The position numbers and the translations under genes were made by a program. Positions 58,242 through 64,000 of a DNA stretch of 64,000 nt are shown in pieces (position 1 is the first letter of the stretch; the number at the start of each line of letters is the position of its first letter). The DNA comes from an uncultured Ignavibacteria bacterium (GTDB lineage Bacteria > Zixibacteria > MSB-5A5 > WJJR01), in NCBI GenBank assembly GCA_964440935.1, contig CAYTTY010000012.1:12873-76872 (forward strand), read 5' to 3'. The notes under the pieces are model-generated. The model ran no database searches. It was not told the DNA's origin and saw only the letters and a list, made by a program, of their open reading frames with translations.

Positions 58242-59670
58242 CGCGGCTCTCGGTTCGGATCAGGTACGCGACCGCCTCGATATGCGGCGTGTGGGGAAAC
58301 ATATCGACCGCGGCCAGACGATTCAAGCCGTACACACCCTTCATCAAGTCGAGATCGCGCGCAAGATTGCCCGGATTGCATGAGACATAGGTGATCGTCG
58401 GCGGCCCGCAGCGGCACAGTGTTTTGACCGCTTTCGGGTGGAGGCCGGCGCGCGGCGGATCGACCACGACATTGGGCAATGTCCTGTCGTCGGCGGCCCG
58501 CTCACGCAGGTAATCGAGCGCATCGGCGGCGATGAATTCGCAGTTGGTGACATTGTTGCGCTCCGCGTTGCGTTTGGCGGCCGCCACCGACTCCTCGTGG
58601 AGTTCGACGCCGACGACGTGACGGGCGCGTTGCGACAAAAACAACGATATTGAACCGACACCGCAATACAGGTCGAGTATTTCCTCATCTCCCGCCGGCG
58701 CGGCCCATTGAACCGCCTTCTCAAACAGGTGTTCGGCTTGCCGTGTGTTGGTCTGGAAAAAGCCGGTCGGTGCGATCTCAAACTCGTATGGACCGAGACG
58801 GTCGTGAAATACGCCAGGTCCAAACCAAATCGTGCGCTGTTCGCCGGTGGCGATATTCGCACGGCTGTCGTTCACCGTCCACAGTGCCGTTGTCACGAAC
58901 GGACAAGCGAACTTCAGCGCCGTACCGAATTCGTCGGCACGGAGCCACGGACGATCCGACGTCACGAGATTGACCAACACGTCACCAGTGTGCACACCCA
59001 CCCGTACCACCACAAACCGCAGGAAGCCGGTGTGTTCGACCGGGTCATACGGTTCCTCAGCACCTGCAGCGAAAAACGACTGTACTGCCTGTACCACTTG
59101 TGCCGCGCGTTCATCGGCAATCCAGCACTCTTCGAGGGCAAACGCATCCCGATAGTTGTTGCGCGGGTGCAATCCTAAAACCAAGCCGGAGCCGGCTTCG
59201 CCGCCAAAAGAGAATTCCATTTTGTTGCGGTACCGGTATGGTGGTTCGTAGGGGATCACGTCGATGTCGGGTATGGCATCGATTTTGCCGATACGACGAA
59301 TCTGCTGGCGGATATGTTCGACCTTCGTTTCGACCTGTTTGCTGTAGTCCAAATCCTGCAACCGGCAACCACCGCAAAGACCGAAGTGCCGGCAGCGTGC
59401 CTCCACGCGATCAGGCGACGGTCGGAGGATTTCTTCGATCTCTGCAACCAGGTGCCGGCGCCGACGGTCGACGATACGCGCGCGGACCGTATCACCCGGC
59501 AGACCGCGATCAGTGAGCACCACCATGCGCCCGTAGCGGGCAATGCCTTTGCCCTTGTCGCCCCAATCGTCGATGTGCAATTCGACGATGTCGCCGCGGC
59601 GGGGTGGGCGCTTGCGTTCGCTGCCGGTGAGCTTGGCCTGGCTCGTGTGGTTGGCTGAATCCGTCATCAA
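58231..59670 (-). CDS. rlmD: 23S rRNA (uracil-C5)-methyltransferase RlmD/RumA family (TRAM domain, 4Cys cluster, SAM methyltransferase)
   Basis: N-terminal TRAM (ELHIDDWGDKGKGIARYGRMVVLTDRGLPGDTV). Cys cluster CRHFGLCGGCRLQD. C-terminal methyltransferase with ...DLYCGVGSISL... and catalytic ...YVSCNP.... Confidence 0.8.
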   Translation of the reverse strand: MMTDSANHTSQAKLTGSERKRPPRRGDIVELHIDDWGDKGKGIARYGRMVVLTDRGLPGDTVRARIVDRRRRHLVAEIEEILRPSPDRVEARCRHFGLCGGCRLQDLDYSKQVETKVEHIRQQIRRIGKIDAIPDIDVIPYEPPYRYRNKMEFSFGGEAGSGLVLGLHPRNNYRDAFALEECWIADERAAQVVQAVQSFFAAGAEEPYDPVEHTGFLRFVVVRVGVHTGDVLVNLVTSDRPWLRADEFGTALKFACPFVTTALWTVNDSRANIATGEQRTIWFGPGVFHDRLGPYEFEIAPTGFFQTNTRQAEHLFEKAVQWAAPAGDEEILDLYCGVGSISLFLSQRARHVVGVELHEESVAAAKRNAERNNVTNCEFIAADALDYLRERAADDRTLPNVVVDPPRAGLHPKAVKTLCRCGPPTITYVSCNPGNLARDLDLMKGVYGLNRLAAVDMFPHTPHIEAVAYLIRTESRDET

Positions 59671-60033
59671 AGATATTATACGGAGAAAACGTGTGGTGGT
59701 AAACCGTGCTGAGCGGAGATGATGTAAGAGAATGAGGGACTCACAACCTCGTGTAGGTGCGGCGAAGAGCCGGACCTACGCGATGCACCTATGGGTTTTT
59801 CAACACGCCGCAAGGGGTGCGTTGAAAAAGGTGCTTGATTGCTGAGAACATGCATTTGTAGGGGCGTATTGAATACGCTCCCTTCACGTAACGGTAACAG
59901 TGACAGGGCGCACTCTCAGTACGTCCCTACGAATGATCGTCCCGTCAACATGCGTTAGGATTGCGCCTCAGGCCTTTTCAACACGCCCCAAGGTCAGTGG
60001 TACCCCGCAAAAGAAAATCACATCGATTTGAAC
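59671..60033. repeat. Hairpin-rich intergenic region containing two copies of the dispersed motif TTTTCAACACGCC (59797-59809, 59975-59987). A third copy lies at 43587-43599.
   Basis: Hairpins include GGTTTTTCAACACGCC-GCAAGG-GGTGCGTTGAAAAAGG (59796-59829) and GGGGCGTATTGAATACGCTCCC (59861-59882). No ORF is present. Confidence 0.5.
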
Positions 60034-60438
60034 TTACGCTTCCGGAACCCGCTTGGCGATGGTTTCGATCAGGTTCTCCACCTGATCAACCATCTCACCC
60101 ATATCATTGCGCCCAGTGGCGGCAAATTGCGTTCGCGGCGACAGGAATGACACGGTGGCCGTTTTGTCATCGTTTTCGTAGACAATCACATTGCAGGGCA
60201 TCAGCAGACCGATTTCGGTCTCGGCCTGCAACGCCTGCGCGGCAAAATGCGGATTGCAGGCACCGAGGATTTTGTAGCGGCGAAAGTCGAGGTTGATCTT
60301 TTCTTTCAGTGTCTTGGACACATCGATCTCGGTCAACACGCCGAACCCATCCTTCTTGAGTTCATCGGTCGCGACCTTGATGGCATCGTCGTACGAGAGA
60401 TTGGTCTTCACTGAGTAGCCATAATTCGATTTTTGCAT
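60034..60438 (-). CDS. DUF302-domain protein
   Basis: GFGVLTEIDVSKTLKEKINLDFRRYKILGACNPHFAAQAL is the DUF302 signature. 134 aa. Confidence 0.7.
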   Translation of the reverse strand: MQKSNYGYSVKTNLSYDDAIKVATDELKKDGFGVLTEIDVSKTLKEKINLDFRRYKILGACNPHFAAQALQAETEIGLLMPCNVIVYENDDKTATVSFLSPRTQFAATGRNDMGEMVDQVENLIETIAKRVPEA

Positions 60439-60573
60439 CGGTTCCTCCGTTGGTTGATCAGAGTCATACGAACGGACACGTCATTCCGCTGCCGGTGAAA
60501 GCGCCATTGTGACACTTTGAGGACTATCGCTCGCCGGGAGGACCACGGCGGGGACGGCCACGCCACCCAAGGG

Positions 60574-61716
60574 CTAGTACGACGCCAGTGCCTGATCCAA
60601 GTCGGCAATCAGATCGTCGGCGTGTTCGATGCCGACCGAGAGGCGGATCAGACTGTCGCCCAGGCCGCGGCTTTCGCGAATCTCGCGGGGGATCGACGCA
60701 TGTGTCATCAACGCCGGATGCTCGATGAGAGACTCGACCCCGCCGAGCGATTCGGCCAGACGAAACACCTTGGTCGATTTGCAGATCGACCGCGCCTCGG
60801 CTTCCCCCCCGTCGATGTAGAACGAAATCAACGATCCAAAACCCGACATCTGTTTCTTGGCAACGTCGTGATTGGGAAACTCCGGGAGACCGGGATATAA
60901 AACGGTTTTGACGCGCCCATGTGAATTCAGATAATCGACCACGGCTTTGGCATTGGCTTCATGCTGGCGCATGCGGATGCCGAGTGTTTTCATACCCCGT
61001 AGAATCAGCCATGAATCAAACGGCCCCGGGATTGTCCCCATCGCATTCTGAGAGAATGCCAGTCGTTCGTGTAACTGATCATCGGACGTCACCAGCGCCC
61101 CACCGACCACGTCGGCGTGGCCATTGAGAAACTTGCTGGTTGAATGCAGCACGATGTCAGCACCGTGCTCAAGGGGACGCTGGAAATATGGCGATGCAAA
61201 GGTATTGTCGACAACACTGATGAGGTTGTGCTTCTTGGCCAGATCGGCAGCGCCTTTCAGATCGGTGATCTTCAGCAGTGGATTGGTCGGCGTTTCGATC
61301 CACAGCATCTTTGTCGTCGGCTTGATCGCCGCTTCGATTTGCGACAAATCCGATGTGTTGACAAACGTGTAATCGAAACCCCATTCACGGAAAACCGTTT
61401 CGAAGACGCGGAAGATGCCACCGTACACGTCATCGGAACTGATAATGTGATCGCCTTGCTTCAGCAGCGTCATCGTCGTGCTGGCGGCCGCCATGCCGGA
61501 GGCAAAGGCGAGACCGTACTTGCCGCCTTCGAGTGCGGCAAGGCATTGCTGCATGGCGGTGCGGGTCGGATTGTGCGTGCGCGAGTATTCATAACCCTTG
61601 TGTTCACCAATCGCGGGTTGGGCGTACGTCGCGGTTTGGAAAATCGGAACGACAATCGCCCCGGTGACTTCCTCGGGCTCCTGTCCAACATGAATGGCGG
61701 CGGTTTCGAACTTCAT
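60574..61716 (-). CDS. PLP-dependent trans-sulfuration enzyme (cystathionine gamma-lyase / gamma-synthase family)
   Basis: MKFETAAIHVGQEPEEVTGAIVVPIFQTATYA..., then a PLP-lysine region ...HSTSKFLNGHADVVGG.... 380 aa. Confidence 0.8.
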   Translation of the reverse strand: MKFETAAIHVGQEPEEVTGAIVVPIFQTATYAQPAIGEHKGYEYSRTHNPTRTAMQQCLAALEGGKYGLAFASGMAAASTTMTLLKQGDHIISSDDVYGGIFRVFETVFREWGFDYTFVNTSDLSQIEAAIKPTTKMLWIETPTNPLLKITDLKGAADLAKKHNLISVVDNTFASPYFQRPLEHGADIVLHSTSKFLNGHADVVGGALVTSDDQLHERLAFSQNAMGTIPGPFDSWLILRGMKTLGIRMRQHEANAKAVVDYLNSHGRVKTVLYPGLPEFPNHDVAKKQMSGFGSLISFYIDGGEAEARSICKSTKVFRLAESLGGVESLIEHPALMTHASIPREIRESRGLGDSLIRLSVGIEHADDLIADLDQALASY

Positions 61717-61802
61717 GATGGTGGTGTCTCCTTATACTGAGCGGGGCGCTAACCGTGCGCCCCGCGCGAATCATTGTGTATTCAGAATGGAAATCGTTGG
61801 GC

Positions 61803-63197
61803 CTACTCTTTGAATGTCTTCGCCAGGTAATCGATTAAGTCGATACGGGTGACGATGCCGGCGATCTGGTCGTTGTCCACCACCAACGCCATGTTACGTC
61901 CATTGGCAAATGCTTCTGACACGTCGGCCAATGTTGTCGAACGCGACACTTTGTGCACGTCGCGGATGACCACCTGGCGGATGGGATCGACCAGACGGTG
62001 ACTGCCGGTCACCATGTAGTTCAGCAGATCGGATTCGTTAATCACTCCGATGACGTTACCGTTGTCAATTACGGGCAACTGCGAAATGTCTTTGGTCTTC
62101 ATCAATTCGATGACTTTAAACACCTTGTCATCGGCATCGGCCGTGATCACGTCGGGGTGACGGTCGGTCAATATATCGTCGACCGTGCCAAGTGACGGCT
62201 GTTCATCCAGAAATCCACAATCGCGCATCCACTCATCGGAAAAAATCTTTGACAGGTAACGCGTGCCCGAATCAGGCAGGACGGTCACGACACACTTGAA
62301 ATGGTCATTACGCGACAGGTATTTGACCAAACCGGCCACAGCGCCACCTGATGAGCCACCGCCGAAGAGACCTTCCTCTGTCGTCAGACGGCGCGCCATA
62401 TTGAAGCATTCCTTATCGTCGACCTGCACCATGTCATCGACGACCGAGAAATCCATCGCCTCGACGACCATATCCTCGCCGATACCTTCGACTTTGTACG
62501 CGCGCGGTTCGAGCTGGTCCTTGGTCTTGCCCCGGTACCAATCGTAGAAGACCGAACCTTCGGGATCGACGGCGATCACCTTGATCTGCGGATTCTTTTC
62601 TTTTAGGTACCGTCCGGCACCACTGAGAGTGCCGCCGGTGCCGATCCCGGCGATGAAGCAGTCGACCTGTCCTTTGGTTTGCTCCCAGATTTCGGGACCG
62701 GTCGTCACGTAGTGCGCTTCGATGTTGTCGGGATTGTGATACTGATTGAGGTAGAATGACCCGGGTGTTTCGCGGTGAATCCGCTTCGCGGTTTCGTAAT
62801 ACGACTCCGGCGAATCGGCCGGGACATTCGTCGGTGTGATGACGACCTTGGCGCCATACGCCTTGAGCAGATTGATCTTCTCGGTCGACATCTTGTCGGG
62901 CATCGTAAAGATCGCACGGTACCCGCGGACGGCGGCGACCATCGCGACGCCGACCCCGGTATTGCCCGAGGTGTTTTCGACGATCGTTCCGCCGGGTTTC
63001 AGCTTTCCGTCTTTTTCCGCTTTGTCGATGATATGAATCGCCATGCGGTCTTTGATCGACCCACCGGGATTGAGAAATTCCACCTTAGCCCAGACGGGCG
63101 ATTTAATCGACCCGATCACGCGATGGAGCGACACCAGCGGTGTCTGCCCGATCGCCTGCAATACATTGTCAACTCGTCCTTTAATCACAATTCCCAC
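61803..63197 (-). CDS. Cystathionine beta-synthase (CysK-like PLP domain plus C-terminal tandem CBS domains)
   Basis: PLP domain ...LNPGGSIKDRMAIHIIDKAEKDGKLKPGGTIVENTSGNTGVGVA... followed by two CBS domains (...VDDILTDRHPDVITADADDKVFKVIELMK..., ...RDVHKVSRSTTLADVSEAFANGRNMALVVDNDQIAGIVTRIDLIDYL). Confidence 0.8.
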   Translation of the reverse strand: MGIVIKGRVDNVLQAIGQTPLVSLHRVIGSIKSPVWAKVEFLNPGGSIKDRMAIHIIDKAEKDGKLKPGGTIVENTSGNTGVGVAMVAAVRGYRAIFTMPDKMSTEKINLLKAYGAKVVITPTNVPADSPESYYETAKRIHRETPGSFYLNQYHNPDNIEAHYVTTGPEIWEQTKGQVDCFIAGIGTGGTLSGAGRYLKEKNPQIKVIAVDPEGSVFYDWYRGKTKDQLEPRAYKVEGIGEDMVVEAMDFSVVDDMVQVDDKECFNMARRLTTEEGLFGGGSSGGAVAGLVKYLSRNDHFKCVVTVLPDSGTRYLSKIFSDEWMRDCGFLDEQPSLGTVDDILTDRHPDVITADADDKVFKVIELMKTKDISQLPVIDNGNVIGVINESDLLNYMVTGSHRLVDPIRQVVIRDVHKVSRSTTLADVSEAFANGRNMALVVDNDQIAGIVTRIDLIDYLAKTFKE

Positions 63198-63345
63198 CTA
63201 CATCTAAAGTCTCAGTCATTTCGGACAGATTCCCAATCTACTTCCATCTGCACCCCTATGTCAAATGCGCTGATTGGATGGTCCCGATCCGTCTTGACCG
63301 GTCGGGTCGTCGTCCTTAGGGTATGCGTGTGGCGAAGGAGGATGG

Positions 63346-63627
63346 ATGGCCACCTGCTGGAGTTGCCAAAAGCGATACGACGTGCCGGATTTGGTCACCC
63401 GAGAGAGCGAATGCCCGCACTGTGCGGCCTATTTGCGTTGCTGCCGGGGGTGCCAGTTTTACGATCCCAACGCGCACAATCAGTGCCGGGAACCGCAGGC
63501 GGAGTTGGTGTCCGACAAAGAGGTGGCCAACACCTGCGACTATTTTCGGCTGGCGGAGGAGCCGAGCGCAGCCGGCGGCACACCGCAGAAGACCAAAAAG
63601 GATCTCGATGATCTGTTCAAAGATTGA
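63346..63627 (+). CDS. Small Cys-rich zinc-ribbon protein, function unknown
   Basis: 93 aa with 8 Cys in CxxC-type pairs (CWSCQK..., CPHCAAY..., CCRGCQF..., CREP...C). Preceded by GAAGGAGGATGG. Confidence 0.5.
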   Translation: MATCWSCQKRYDVPDLVTRESECPHCAAYLRCCRGCQFYDPNAHNQCREPQAELVSDKEVANTCDYFRLAEEPSAAGGTPQKTKKDLDDLFKD

Positions 63628-63973
63628 ACATGAACGAATGGCACAATTCTTCGTATGACTCACTGTGAACGCTCGGTAGGTCTCAATTCTGACGAAACCG
63701 GTGACGACGAACTAGAGTGGAATGAGTGAGTGATTGCAGGAACAGAGTTTGGTTGTATATTGCGAGAGCATGATTTTGGCTGGAGGAGGAGAGTCGATTT
63801 GAAAGACCTTTAACACGTAGCCAATGAAGGCCGCTCCGAGTGGCTTGCGTTTTTCGCCGTGACCGCCGGTGAACCCGGCGCAGCGAGGACAAAATGGCCG
63901 CAGTAGCTGTAAAACGCCTTTACCGTATACGACGAAAAGTGTTGTTCTTTCAAATCACTCTCGACAGCCACAA

Positions 63974-64000
63974 CCGCCCCGTGCAAGCGGGGCGGTTTTC
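63974..64000 (+). terminator. Rho-independent terminator at the window edge (plus strand)
   Basis: CCGCCCCG-TGCAA-GCGGGGCGG followed by TTTTC. No annotated ORF ends immediately upstream. Confidence 0.5.

Overview
This window is a high-GC (~60-65%) bacterial chromosomal segment, probably from a Gram-negative (diderm) lineage that I cannot place from sequence alone. It is almost fully coding and mostly housekeeping. I found no rRNA, tRNA or CRISPR array.

Gene content, in order:
- 1-2810 (-): pilT (5' truncated by the window edge) and pilB, the type IV pilus motor ATPases.
- 2879-8390 (-): the most interesting region. A co-directional, tightly spaced module built around an MglA-type Ras-like GTPase with four roadblock/LC7-domain proteins and a PATAN-domain protein; the parts are listed under candidate novel system below.
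- 8467-14509 (-): ComEC, an AzgA-type NCS2 nucleobase permease, a SIMPL/DUF541 protein and MurJ.
- 14597-20637: rpsT, a geranylgeranyl-reductase plus dicluster-ferredoxin pair, a PaaI thioesterase, and two tandem paralogous acidic lipoproteins.
- 20663-29193 (-): argF, hslU, hslV, xerC, topA, rpoZ, gmk and yicC.
- 29359-35014 (+): an RqcH/NFACT homologue and a complete serC-serA-serB operon.
- 35026-36635: a mobile-DNA hotspot. A full IS630-family insertion sequence (35521-36633, TA target duplication) sits exactly at the yraN stop codon, next to degenerate MITE-like remnants of the same element bounded by a 29-bp hairpin inverted repeat.
- 36633-41389 (-): the conserved ffh-rpsP-rimM-trmD-rplS-rnhB-yraN block.
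- 41788-43263 (+): a DegP/HtrA protease.
- 43264-43927: a ~660-bp structured intergenic region holding a 256-bp MITE with the same IS630-type ends and several perfect 11-bp-stem hairpins.
- 43928-50198 (-): a PASTA-domain protein, rsmB, hutU and purL.
- 50307-59670: a 1067-aa secreted protein (HExxH zincin-like domain, TolB-type propeller, Omp85 barrel), murA, an LpxH-like phosphoesterase, an odd protein with a transposase-type HTH N-terminus, a HIT protein and rlmD.
- 59671-60033: a hairpin-rich intergenic region carrying copies of a dispersed TTTTCAACACGCC motif.
- 60034-63627: a DUF302 protein, a cystathionine gamma-lyase/synthase plus cystathionine beta-synthase pair (reverse trans-sulfuration), and a small Cys-rich zinc-ribbon ORF.

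Candidate novel system: the MglA-roadblock-PATAN module physically linked to pilB/pilT and comEC. It comprises:
- mglA, with a ~135-aa Pro/Ser/Thr-rich C-terminal tail;
- canonical mglB;
- a second free roadblock protein;
- a membrane-anchored roadblock protein;
- a TPR-roadblock fusion;
- a PATAN/DUF4388 protein and a small membrane protein.
This looks like an expanded polarity/GTPase switch dedicated to type IV pili or DNA uptake.
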